The position numbers were made by a program, and so were the translations under genes. Below the pieces are notes generated by a model. The model was not told where the DNA came from and searched no databases. It worked only from the letters and a program-made list of their open reading frames with translations. A stretch of DNA of 63,486 nucleotides, counting the filler. It is 4 parts of 4 records of this genome, joined end to end, with 100 filler letters (N's around TTAATTAATTAA, not from the genome) between each part and the next. Parts side by side here need not be neighbours in the genome. Positions count along the whole stretch, not along the records: positions 30,174 to 40,758 come from SRR20825019_1845; positions 40,859 to 57,015 come from SRR20825019_1849; 2 more parts are not named here. One strand, written 5' to 3'. This document shows positions 34,185 through 44,431 of the stretch, piece after piece; the stretch's first letter is position 1, and each line of letters begins with the position of its first letter.

Positions 34185-35483
34185 ATGGCGTCCCTTGATA
34201 TCCATGTAGTGTGCCCGAGGGAGACGTCCTCACTCGAATCGCCCTTTTGTTCATATGTAGAGCCGTATACCATGAAGATTGTAAACAACGAGCAGATACC
34301 GTGTATGTACAAGGTGCTCACACAACACCCCTCCAAGTACCTAATATCACCCCCGTACGGACTATTGGGCCCCAACACCACTATCGACATCCAAATCAGG
34401 CTGAGCCCCCCTAAGGACTATCTAAGGTACGACCCATTCGCTAAGGTCAAGGGCTCATCGAGTCGGGTAGCAACAAGCACTGCCTTTGAGTTGGCCACCA
34501 CCACCACCAGTGCTGCACTGGAGGAAGAGGGCGACGAGCTGGCCGAGACTGTTCGGAGGGCCAACCGGGCAGCCCAGAGCGGTAGTGGGGCATTCCCCAT
34601 CTCGATGGAGACACTAGGTAAACCTGTAACATCGGTGGTCAAAATAGCCCGTATGGGTGTTCAGACAGTTGGCCTCCAGTCCCTTAATGAATTGGAGGGT
34701 ATAGAGGACTACCTTGAAAGTAAAACGTCCTCCGCGGTGTTTAAGGTAACCCTTGCCGTGGTGCAGGCTAGTATGGGCAACCCTACCCCACAGCTACGGT
34801 TCCTTCAGCGAAAGAGGACGCTAAACAAAATAGCTGCTGAGCATGTGGCATCGGTATATCGCCGTATGAAGGGTCGTAGCATTCTAAAAGAGAAGAATAT
34901 GTTCGAGGGTATCTTTGACTCGGTGAGAACAGTCGGCGGCATTCTGGGGCATGCAGAGGATGCTGCTGTTGCGTTGGACATGACGGCTGGCAAGCAACTA
35001 TTATTGGACTCTGAGGAGGTGGCAGCTGCGGCAGCCGACATACACAGGGATGCACTGGAGCTGTTCGACCATCTCTGGGACACATCAGTGCTTCACTCCA
35101 CCCACACCGTGGTGATGAAGACGGTCGCAGAGAGCATCACCGAGTTCTTTGAGACGGTAGCGTCTAAGCACGACACCATGCTGCAGGAAGCCCGGCAACG
35201 TAAAGCCAGTGCCCTCCAGGACGTGCAACGCTTGTGGGCCGAACGGGACGCTGCCATTGCAGAGGAGAATAGACGCCGCAACCTGTTTACACTTTACAGG
35301 GACCCATCTACTCCCTTAGTTGCTTTGGGAATGGCCGTTGATCTTGAAGAGCTTCAGGCTCAAGGTGAGGAGGAAGGATTGGAGGCCGAGGGGAAGAATG
35401 AGGTCAGGACTTTAAAGGTTCTCATCCCCAAGTGGGTGCTGCTGGTCGCAGCGTGTGCATCATTTGTGGCATCGGCATGGTAA
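34185..35483 (+). CDS. MSP-domain (VAP-like) protein with coiled coil and C-terminal TM
   Basis: MKIVN...MYKVLTQHPSKYLISPPYGLLGP (MSP domain) and hydrophobic tail WVLLVAACASFVASAW. Confidence 0.7.
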   Translation: MASLDIHVVCPRETSSLESPFCSYVEPYTMKIVNNEQIPCMYKVLTQHPSKYLISPPYGLLGPNTTIDIQIRLSPPKDYLRYDPFAKVKGSSSRVATSTAFELATTTTSAALEEEGDELAETVRRANRAAQSGSGAFPISMETLGKPVTSVVKIARMGVQTVGLQSLNELEGIEDYLESKTSSAVFKVTLAVVQASMGNPTPQLRFLQRKRTLNKIAAEHVASVYRRMKGRSILKEKNMFEGIFDSVRTVGGILGHAEDAAVALDMTAGKQLLLDSEEVAAAAADIHRDALELFDHLWDTSVLHSTHTVVMKTVAESITEFFETVASKHDTMLQEARQRKASALQDVQRLWAERDAAIAEENRRRNLFTLYRDPSTPLVALGMAVDLEELQAQGEEEGLEAEGKNEVRTLKVLIPKWVLLVAACASFVASAW

Positions 35484-35632
35484 TTGCCACACAGACCCCC
35501 ATTGTAATAATACCGGTACTTATGTTTGCGTTGTATACATACACACATCTTCACACATTGCAATGAATTGAGTTGATTATTCCCTTTTATATTTCCCATT
35601 TGCCACCTTGCCTTTAGTTTCGTATCAACAAT

Positions 35633-36604
35633 ATGGAGTGGGAGCTACAGTACGAGAAGGACGTCGCGGCACAAACTACATCTGGACCTCACACCATTGG
35701 CCCCAAGGAGATGGATGCCAACCGTGCTGTTGCCGCGCAGCTCAAGGACATCATGCCCTTTGCTGACCTCCACAAAATGAATGACTGCGACCTTATCTAC
35801 CGGTTCCTCATTGCCAAGAAGTGGGCCGTAGAGACCACTGTGGTTGCAATGCGTGAGTACATCGACTACCGTAAGAAGGAGAACCTTGACGGGCTACTGT
35901 GGGAGTCGTTCCCTGAGAAGGCCGAGCTGATGGCCGCCCCATACCGTGGCTTTGACAAGGAGGGTCATCCCCTGTATATCGACCAACCCGACCCAGCCCT
36001 CCTGACTCAACTACTGACCGAGTTCCCCCGTGAGCTGCTTCTCCGTGTGCATCTCCGTGCTATGGAGGAGGGTCGCCGCCTTCAAAAGGTGTACAACACC
36101 GACCGTGTTACATGCGCCATTGACTTCTCCAACATGACCATGTCTATCGTGCGTAACACCAAGGCCCTTGGTTTTATGAAGGAGATGTCGCACTACGACC
36201 AAATGTACTACCCTGAGAACATGCGCACGATGCTCATCTGCAACGGCGGGTGGACCTTCAGTGCCGCCTACAAGATAGTCAAGCCATGGTTAGACCCCCG
36301 TGTCCAACAGAAGATCCACTTTATGGGCGGAGGAGCTAATTTCGGCCCCGAGGTGCATAAGTTTGTCGAGCCAGCCCAACTACCCCCTGGCTCCTTCCTT
36401 GGAACCCACGACGGTACCCCCCTTATCGACAAGGTAACCCTGAGGGCTGAGGTCCCAGTCGGCACCCAACCCCTCGTGATCAACAAGGCGTCCCACACCA
36501 AGATCCTCTTCCACAATAGCGATATGCCCCCGGCGGAAAACCTCCAGGGGGAGCCACCGGAGGATGCGACGGTGGATTTCAACGACGACGACGACTTGCT
36601 TTAA
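35633..36604 (+). CDS. CRAL-TRIO / Sec14-like lipid-binding protein
   Basis: LIYRFLIAKKW, GFDKEGHP, QMYYPENM, KIVKPWLDPRVQQKI, QLP..GG-like motifs. Confidence 0.92.
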   Translation: MEWELQYEKDVAAQTTSGPHTIGPKEMDANRAVAAQLKDIMPFADLHKMNDCDLIYRFLIAKKWAVETTVVAMREYIDYRKKENLDGLLWESFPEKAELMAAPYRGFDKEGHPLYIDQPDPALLTQLLTEFPRELLLRVHLRAMEEGRRLQKVYNTDRVTCAIDFSNMTMSIVRNTKALGFMKEMSHYDQMYYPENMRTMLICNGGWTFSAAYKIVKPWLDPRVQQKIHFMGGGANFGPEVHKFVEPAQLPPGSFLGTHDGTPLIDKVTLRAEVPVGTQPLVINKASHTKILFHNSDMPPAENLQGEPPEDATVDFNDDDDLL

Positions 36605-36737
36605 ACAGTCATCTTTGAGGCGTCCCCTTTTTTAATCGCATCAAACATTAAACTTTCAATTTTTTGGATATTATGCTGTTGAATATTTAAAAATGACACT
36701 TCATTTTCCGTCCTTCTTTACCTACTAGTTTACACCA

Positions 36738-39455
36738 ATGAAACGTTACGAAAATAATCACAAGGATGTTCTGTGGAACTCTCTTCACCGACAAGTAGTT
36801 GAGCAGAGAGAACGGAGGAAGGACAAGAATTTCGTCGCCGGGAAAATAGGAGGTACTGCATACCAACCGGAAGATCCAGTCGACTATAGTGTGGGACATA
36901 ACAATCCCAAGCTACAAAATACCAATCGTCGCTCAATGTCGCCACTAGACCGATTTAACATGCTGAATGACGACGACCGTCTTCGTGCCCTGATGCCCCC
37001 ACAGGAGGGCGGGCGGCAGCGGGAGCCATCCCAGTATTCAGAGAATTCTCCAACCAAAGCCCATGCATCAAAGCGCCTGTCTACTTGGGATCGTTACGTG
37101 CATGCATCCGATGAAACTAGACTTTCGAAACTACTGTCTAGCACCGACAACGCGTCAACACGAAATGCCCCAAGGGCCGGCACAGAAACCAGTTTAGCTG
37201 TTGGATCTGAGCATCGTAATCACGACGAGGATGAGAAGAAGGCTCAGTACAAACACTTTCTACTTCAACAAATAGAAGAAAAGAAACAACGTGGAAGGAA
37301 GGGTCATGTACAAGGGCACATCAGTAGTGATGAGGGATGGTTCAATAACGAACAGCGTAAAGTCCACACTCATAGGGGGGAGTACCGCAGGGATCAGCCA
37401 AACTACAATGGGGACCTTGATCGGCAGGAATGGGGCTCACCACACACAAGACGAAACCCACGTGGCGGCGGTGATTACCCACAATCCCAGTATAACCCAT
37501 CTGCTGCTACTGCCGTAACATCCCCACATCATGACGACGGTGCCGCTTTAAGAAAGGAGGCTCTTAAGAATGATCTACTGACACAAATTGAGGAGAAAAG
37601 GGCACGAAAACAGGCAGAGAAGGATGCGGACCTTGTAATGGATCAAAGACGCTTTCAGCAACACTCTCCCAATTTATCACGAAACGTGTCACCAAACGTG
37701 TCGCGCAATCCGCACATAGCTGTTCAACAGCCACCCATGTATACCTCACCTCAAAATCAGTGGGGGTCACCTAATGGCGATCAATACGAACATCAGTATG
37801 ACCAATCCCCACACACGTACCCCGAGGCCGCCCTGGGCAACTCTCTAAACAATTCTAAGCCAAAAGTGGCTGCCACATACGATGAAGCTGCTGCAGCTGG
37901 GGAACAACGGGCCAAGGTGCTCCAATTGAAAAATGAACTTGAGAACCAGATCGAAGAGAAGAAGCGGGCCAAGGCTGCCCAAAAGCAACATGATAGGGAG
38001 GAAGAGGAGCGTATTGATCGTGAGGTCCAACGGGTTGCAAAGGAAGAGAAGGACCGTATTGAGGCCGAGAAGGAAAAACGTCGCCAAAAGGCTATCGAGG
38101 ACGAGAATGCGCGCCTTCATATTGCAGCCATGCTACAGCAGGAGGAGGATCGCAAAGCCGACGCTGCTCGTAAAATGCCGCCTGTTGTTGCCCAAGATGA
38201 TGTCCATCAAAGCTCCCATCAACCCACTGCTAAGGCATTCCTTCAGGTTGGTCACACTCAGTCACCACCACGTGTTGAGGTCAGTGGGGAGTACCGGGGC
38301 TATCGCAGCGAGTTACCACAAGACGATTCATACGATGACCCACCCCATCAGTACGACGCCCCATCCCATTATGAGCAGCCTCCTCCGCCTGTTGCCGCCA
38401 AGACCTCCTTCGAGAAGTACATACGGGATGTGGACGAACGGCCCTTTGAGCGGGATACCGTCCTCGGAAGGAACAAGTGGCACCCCAGCGACCACCATCA
38501 ATCTCCTGAGGCTGAGCGACGAAACCCATACGCCTATAACCGTGTGGACGATGTGAAGCAAGACTTTAACCAACGGCAGCCGGAGCCTATGAGTGTGACG
38601 GTGTTAGAGGAGGCCCACCACAACCACCATACCGTTGTGCGAGAGTCTCCCCCTCCCCAGCCGAACCAGTTCGTGTTCAACCACCACACCTATCAACACG
38701 CATCCCCGCAGGTTACCACGAGCCCCCCACTACTCCCCGCTGCTCGTCCACTTGATGAGCCTGAGGGGCCCGACTCGTTGGAGGGATCCTGTATCATAAT
38801 TCGGGACCCCGATACCCCCAGTAAATCCCCAGTTGCAAGACACGTAGGTCGGGGTGGGGGGAGGGATAAGAGGCGCAAATCCCTCCAAGATGTCCGTACT
38901 AGTTTGGAGGCCCTACACCGTGTAATTACCGACGAGCCAATGCATGAGAAGGCTGCGGCATATGTACCAATGGTGTATGAAAGTGAGGCAGTCCCTCCCA
39001 CACCAGTAGTATCCCATGAACACCAAGACGATGTCTCCCAGCATGAAGACATAACCCCCATCAAGGAAGAGCACACCCCATACAAGTCGTTCCTTGACAA
39101 GGAGCCTAGTAGTGTCGGGGGTCTATCTCGATTCGGTGCCGGCCACTACAACACAAATGTTGACTCGATGAACCGACTAGCCCCCATTGAGAGAGTAACC
39201 CAGCTAGATGCGGATGAAGAGAGCCACCATGGGCGCATACTGTCCAAAACCCACCAATCACCCAACACCCTAAAGCCCCTCCATAACGCCCCTACTCTGA
39301 AGAAGGGTAATACTGTTAGTGGACTGTCCCAACTGGAGAGGGACCTAATGGCGGAAGTGTCAGCTATGGCAAGGGATAGGCAGTCTCATCGACTTCGCCC
39401 AATCCAACGCCCACTCGAGGTGTACGTTGTGGAGGACGACTACAAACCATTTTAA
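36738..39455 (+). CDS. Large low-complexity coiled-coil protein with three L..QIEEK motifs (CCDC66/CSPP1-like)
   Basis: 905-aa ORF containing LLQQIEEKK, LLTQIEEKR and LENQIEEKK. Confidence 0.65.
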   Translation: MKRYENNHKDVLWNSLHRQVVEQRERRKDKNFVAGKIGGTAYQPEDPVDYSVGHNNPKLQNTNRRSMSPLDRFNMLNDDDRLRALMPPQEGGRQREPSQYSENSPTKAHASKRLSTWDRYVHASDETRLSKLLSSTDNASTRNAPRAGTETSLAVGSEHRNHDEDEKKAQYKHFLLQQIEEKKQRGRKGHVQGHISSDEGWFNNEQRKVHTHRGEYRRDQPNYNGDLDRQEWGSPHTRRNPRGGGDYPQSQYNPSAATAVTSPHHDDGAALRKEALKNDLLTQIEEKRARKQAEKDADLVMDQRRFQQHSPNLSRNVSPNVSRNPHIAVQQPPMYTSPQNQWGSPNGDQYEHQYDQSPHTYPEAALGNSLNNSKPKVAATYDEAAAAGEQRAKVLQLKNELENQIEEKKRAKAAQKQHDREEEERIDREVQRVAKEEKDRIEAEKEKRRQKAIEDENARLHIAAMLQQEEDRKADAARKMPPVVAQDDVHQSSHQPTAKAFLQVGHTQSPPRVEVSGEYRGYRSELPQDDSYDDPPHQYDAPSHYEQPPPPVAAKTSFEKYIRDVDERPFERDTVLGRNKWHPSDHHQSPEAERRNPYAYNRVDDVKQDFNQRQPEPMSVTVLEEAHHNHHTVVRESPPPQPNQFVFNHHTYQHASPQVTTSPPLLPAARPLDEPEGPDSLEGSCIIIRDPDTPSKSPVARHVGRGGGRDKRRKSLQDVRTSLEALHRVITDEPMHEKAAAYVPMVYESEAVPPTPVVSHEHQDDVSQHEDITPIKEEHTPYKSFLDKEPSSVGGLSRFGAGHYNTNVDSMNRLAPIERVTQLDADEESHHGRILSKTHQSPNTLKPLHNAPTLKKGNTVSGLSQLERDLMAEVSAMARDRQSHRLRPIQRPLEVYVVEDDYKPF

Positions 39456-39566
39456 CAATATGTATGTATCATGTGAATATTTTACTGTACGTGAAAACTG
39501 TCTTCCATTCTGATTACACTGAAATTATACCTTAGCATTTTAGTCTATTGTAGTCGTTCTTTAATT

Positions 39567-40758
39567 ATGGAAAATATAGTCCAATCCGCCGTTCACCTGA
39601 AGCAGACCCAGATCGATGCGGCCCGGCCTCGATTTCTCAAAGCCCCTGACTTCCAACAACATACACTATTCCATTGGAGTATCGCCGCTACCCCAAACAG
39701 TCCCAAGGATACCCCCCTCCAACTGTCCCTCCGGCATGCGTGCCTGGGGTCGCTGCAACATCGGGCCCATCTTAGGAAACTAGTGGCCAACCACCACAGT
39801 CTCCCCAAGGACGACCAGACCCCCAGTGAGCTACAAGCAACACTCCAGAGCCTTGCCGGTGTGTATCAGTTCGTGCTTGAGCAGCTTCGTATTGCAGGAG
39901 AGCGGTTTAATACCAAGGGTGCCACTCAAGAAGAATCGGATTCAAATTTATGTGCGGCAGTTGGTCATTATGAGGCAGTTTATGGCGTGTTCAGCTACCT
40001 TGAGCCCAAGAACATTGGCGATGTTGATGAGGCAGTGCTACCCACCCAAAGTACAATTGTGGAGTCGACAATGAAGGGAGGTATTGCCGACAGTAGTGTG
40101 GTGTATCATACCTTCACGGCCCAAGATCTCACACCCCTCCTGACGTGGACAACAGGCATACTACGTAGCCCCGATAGTGATGATGAGGATGCATCCTACA
40201 GAGCAGCCGAGGGTATTCACCGAGCACTGCGGGAACTACTATTTACCTGTATCCCAAAGCTCATGTGTAACTTGGCCCTCACTGTTGAAAGGCAGGGGCA
40301 GAAGGAGACCGCCTGTGCTGCGCTTCGTGAACTTCTGTCGGATTGCTGCGTTGGACGGGGCGGGTTTGTCCATGATGCACTCACCAACACGACCGATAAG
40401 TGGTTGCGATTTCTAGGTGGGCCATCTCAGCGAGCCACCTTCCTCTTAGCCACAATCACCGAGAAGTCTGTATCAGCGACTTCCACTTCTATCGAGCAAG
40501 TGGTGCGTATCCTAACTAACACCTGTAACGCCCATAAGCTATTGGCCCTCAGCGACGACGCGCTTCAAGATGCCCCTGAATACGTGCGACTAATGGTAAC
40601 TGAACGGACTGAATGTCTCAGGGTGCTAAGCCGTTTACAACGCGATGTCAAGTCGCAACGTCACAAAGATGAGCGTCGATTTGGTGCCGGAAAGCTAAGC
40701 GGTGTTATTGGGGCATCCCAACCTAATAGTGCGGCAACGTCTGGTGCCGCCCCCCCTA
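39567..40758 (+). CDS. Hypothetical helical protein, truncated at contig end
   Basis: Open frame of ~397 codons running into the N-run; same strand and spacing as its neighbours. Confidence 0.65.
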
Positions 40759-40858
40759 NNNNNNNNNNNNNNNNNNNNNNNNNNNNNNNNNNNNNNNNNN
40801 NNTTAATTAATTAANNNNNNNNNNNNNNNNNNNNNNNNNNNNNNNNNNNNNNNNNNNN
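40759..40858. other. Artificial contig junction
   Basis: N-run + TTAATTAATTAA. Confidence 0.99.
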
Positions 40859-41307
40859 TGCGCCGGCACCGCCCTGAGCGCTTCATTCTCAGACACTGAG
40901 AAAAAGTGCTCTGCGAGATTTTCCCGGAACGGAAGGACGCGCTCGATATCAATGCCGAGCTGATAGCGATCGGAAACGGCGAGAACCGCCGTCGGGCCGC
41001 TGTGACTGAGATTGAAATGAAGCGGCGGTTCACCGCGCCCGGCAAGCCGGGGTTTGCCAAAGGCATTGTATGAGAAGGAAAGTCGGTTTGGCGCCACGCC
41101 TAGATAGGACCCGAGGATCGCTCTCAGCCGACCTCGCCCGGTGATGAACCGCAACCGGTGCTGCTCGTGTACGAAACGCGAGGCACGTGCGAACTCCGCC
41201 TCGTTGAGTGCCGAGACGAGCGGTGGAAGCGCATCCAGGGATACGTCCAGGGACCATTGCCAAATATCGATCGTGCTGGCGCCGATGCTGACGGGTTTAA
41301 GCTGCAT
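40859..41307 (-). CDS. Sfp-type 4'-phosphopantetheinyl transferase, truncated
   Basis: E..RA.RF...RF..GR..LR..L, GKP, FNLSHS, LGIDIE, FFS..E. Start overlaps the upstream gene's stop. Confidence 0.92.
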
Positions 41308-42475
41308 AGGACAGCCGCCTTTCCGGCGTTTTCCGTCCGGCCATGCGGCGGGCGAGATAGGCCATCAGCGCCGTGGGATAGTTTTCGCCCAGGCTTATGC
41401 GGCAGGTGCGCTTCAGAATATCCAGCGAGCGGGCACACATGTCGGGCCCGTACTCCACATCGGTCGAAGCCCAGCCATAGGGGTTCATCGCCGGATGAAA
41501 TGCCCTCTTCTCCAGGATCGGAGTCCAGTGGGTACACACATGGCGACTTGAATCGAAAACCCGATAGACGCCGCGTCGGTTTTGTGCGGCAAAAGCCTTT
41601 GCCTCGCCTTCCGTCTCAAACAGCACATGAAGGCCGACGGCGTTTTGCGGGTCGTTGTGCGGTCCGAGCCGGAAGGCATCGCTGCCCGACAGGATGTGCG
41701 ACATGACCTGATGCCGCCTGCGCATACGGCGCAGCATGGGATCCAGCTTTCCAAGCTGCACATTGAGCATCGCACCCTGGATCTGGCTTGCCTTGAAGTT
41801 CACGCCGAAAAAGCTCGGCTCGTTGTAGTTGTCGAGATGCCCGCGAAAGAGTTCACCCACATCGTGATACATACGGGCGCGGGCGAAATACCGGTCGCTC
41901 TGCGAGGCCACCGCACCACCCTCGCCGATGTTCATGTTCTTGAACTGGTTAAAGCTGAAAGCGCCAATGTCGCCAATCGTGCCGGCACGCTGCCCCCGAT
42001 AGCTCACCCCCACCGCCTGGCAGGCGTCCTCGATGACCATCAGCCCATTCTGACGGGCGAGTGTCGTGATCGCCGCCATGTCACAGACCATGTTGGCCAT
42101 GTGCACCGGCAGAATGGCGCGGGTGCGCGGGGTGATCTTGCGCGCAATGTCTTCGGGATCCATGGTCAGCGTCTCGTCGATATCGACGATGACCGGGACA
42201 GCTCCCACCGCGAGCACGGAAGCGGCCGTTGCAATCCATGTATAGGCGGGCACGAGTACCTCGTCGCCGGGCCCCACGCCGGAGGCCGCCAGTGCGCTGA
42301 TCAACGCGCCGGTGCCGCTGCTGACCGTCAACACATGTTTGACGCCGAACTTTTCGGAAAAGGCCTTTTCGAACCGGTCGAGCGGCCCCTCGCCGGGGCC
42401 ACCATATCGGGCAAGACGCCCCGAGGCGATGACCCCGCCGATGGCCAGCCACTCACGCAAACCAACTTTTGCCAT
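41297..42475 (-). CDS. DegT/DnrJ/EryC1/StrS PLP-dependent sugar aminotransferase
   Basis: SSGTGAL, GPGDEV, AILPVH, IEDACQA, FSFNQFKN..GEGG (PLP Lys). Confidence 0.93.
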   Translation of the reverse strand: MAKVGLREWLAIGGVIASGRLARYGGPGEGPLDRFEKAFSEKFGVKHVLTVSSGTGALISALAASGVGPGDEVLVPAYTWIATAASVLAVGAVPVIVDIDETLTMDPEDIARKITPRTRAILPVHMANMVCDMAAITTLARQNGLMVIEDACQAVGVSYRGQRAGTIGDIGAFSFNQFKNMNIGEGGAVASQSDRYFARARMYHDVGELFRGHLDNYNEPSFFGVNFKASQIQGAMLNVQLGKLDPMLRRMRRRHQVMSHILSGSDAFRLGPHNDPQNAVGLHVLFETEGEAKAFAAQNRRGVYRVFDSSRHVCTHWTPILEKRAFHPAMNPYGWASTDVEYGPDMCARSLDILKRTCRISLGENYPTALMAYLARRMAGRKTPERRLSYAA

Positions 42476-42763
42476 GGTGTTTTCCCGCTTGGCCGACGGG
42501 CGAGCCACGCCCGCGGCGCCCCAATTGTCCCTGAAGCGTATGCCCGGGCCATGGGGTTTTCAAATAATCCAATAATGTAGCGGCAGTGCGTTTTGCCCTA
42601 CCCGGCAATGGCCAAAACCCTTAGCAAGCTGCCCCTTCTATGCAATTTGGATGAGTTCGGCCGGGCGCTGGATTTTGATAGCCTTTTGTCGGGGCTTTAC
42701 GACGCAGCGAACTCACTCCTTCGCAACTGACGTGCTGCTCTGGTAGCCCGCTCAGGGGGCAGT

Positions 42764-44419
42764 GTGTCCATTCTAGATTTGCGCAGCGTGCCATCCGGCA
42801 CACGGTTTGACACCGATCTCGCTCTAGTCGGGGCGGGTCCGGCCGGACTGACGCTTGCGCGGGAATTTGCCGATACACGTCTCAAGATACTCCTGATCGA
42901 AAGCGGCGGCGTGGAGTTTGATTCCGAAATCCAGCTCCTCAATCGAGTCGAAAATATCGGCGAACCGAACACTCGGGGCACCATGCCTCTTCAACGAGGT
43001 TACACAGGTGACCTCGCCTGGCTCAACGACATTCCAGCATTCGAACTGCGCAACCGGATGGTGGGTGGCAGCACGCACACCTGGGTTGGCAAATGCGCCG
43101 CATTCGACGAGATCGACTTCAACGTGCGTCAATGGGTTCCCGATTCCGGCTGGCCTCTGCAACGGCGCGATCTGGCGGATGTGCTCGACCGGGCAGCAAA
43201 GCTGCTCAACCTCGGTCCCAATATCTACGACAAGGCACTTTTCCGCCGACTGAAATCGCCGCCTGCGGAAATCGATCTCAATGACAACCTGCTGCGCACT
43301 TTCTTCTGGCAATTCAGCCATAAGCCCAAGAGCCACGAGCCATTGCGGTTTTCGGAGCTCGCGGCAAGACTCTCAGCGGACAACATTGATATTCTCACAC
43401 ATGCGACCGTTACCGGCATTGGACTATGTGAAAGCGGGAGGAAGGCGGAAACACTCGATGTCAGAAGCCTTTCCGGGGTGGACGCCTTGATACGGGCACC
43501 GGTGATCGTGCTGTGTGGTGGCGGCATTGAAAATGCGCGCATGCTCCTGGCATCCACGAATGTGGCCACACAGGGCATCGGCAACGATCATGACTGCGTG
43601 GGCCGATACCTGGCTGACCATCCGCGAACCGTGATCGCCCGCTTTGGAAAAGACACGCTGCAGGATGTAACCGAGCATTTCGGCTTCTACGGGCTCAGTC
43701 ACAACCGTCGCACGCATTTTTATCTGCGAGGACTGGCCCTCAGTCCGCGTCTGCAGGCGCGTGAGGGCCTGCTCAACTGCGCCACTTATCCGGTGCAGGT
43801 GCTGGCTCCGAACGACCCATGGCTGGCTCTCAAGCGATTTTACTCCAGCAGGAGACGGTTTCGGCTCGATGATCTCAGGACCGCACTTGCGGCCCCCGGC
43901 GGACTGGCAGCCGGCCTGCACCGCCGGCTCATCATGAAACGAGGCCTGCCACGCCAGCTCACCGAACTGCGCTTCGACGCCATGGCCGAACAGAGGCCCG
44001 ACCGCGACAGCCGCGTAACGCTCTCATCGGCACGTGATCGTCTGGGCGTACCGCTGGCGCGTGTGGACTGGAAGATCGGCTGGGCGGAAGCCGCCAGTCT
44101 CGCGCGGCTCGCCGAACTCATTTCGGCCGAATTCTGGCGGGTCGGCCTGCCACAGCCCAAACTCGAACCCTGGGTCCTGGATGAAGATTTCGCGAACGCC
44201 CCTTTCAGCGACATGGCCCACCCGGCCTGCACCACGCGCATGGGGGAGAACCCGAAGACAAGCGTTGTCGATCCGAACGCCAGGGTTCACGGGATCGAAG
44301 GACTTTTTGTGGCCGGCAGCTCGGTTTTCCCAACGCCCGGCCACGCCAATCCGACACTGATGATCATCGCCATGACGCTGCGCCTTGCCGATCATCTCAA
44401 GAAGCGACTTCTCGGGTGA
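42764..44419 (+). CDS. GMC-family FAD oxidoreductase
   Basis: VGAGPAG, LLIESGG, VGGSTHTW, GGIENARMLL, VGRYLADHP, HPACTTRMG, GSSVFPT.GHANPTL. Confidence 0.92.
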   Translation: MSILDLRSVPSGTRFDTDLALVGAGPAGLTLAREFADTRLKILLIESGGVEFDSEIQLLNRVENIGEPNTRGTMPLQRGYTGDLAWLNDIPAFELRNRMVGGSTHTWVGKCAAFDEIDFNVRQWVPDSGWPLQRRDLADVLDRAAKLLNLGPNIYDKALFRRLKSPPAEIDLNDNLLRTFFWQFSHKPKSHEPLRFSELAARLSADNIDILTHATVTGIGLCESGRKAETLDVRSLSGVDALIRAPVIVLCGGGIENARMLLASTNVATQGIGNDHDCVGRYLADHPRTVIARFGKDTLQDVTEHFGFYGLSHNRRTHFYLRGLALSPRLQAREGLLNCATYPVQVLAPNDPWLALKRFYSSRRRFRLDDLRTALAAPGGLAAGLHRRLIMKRGLPRQLTELRFDAMAEQRPDRDSRVTLSSARDRLGVPLARVDWKIGWAEAASLARLAELISAEFWRVGLPQPKLEPWVLDEDFANAPFSDMAHPACTTRMGENPKTSVVDPNARVHGIEGLFVAGSSVFPTPGHANPTLMIIAMTLRLADHLKKRLLG

Positions 44420-44431
44420 GCAGACAGCGCT

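Noticed and set aside
1-40758. Alternative genetic code or stop-codon readthrough in the eukaryotic contigs
   Set aside because: In-frame stops in contig 1 are explained by GT-AG introns. Contig 2 ORFs are uninterrupted and end in TAA or TGA.
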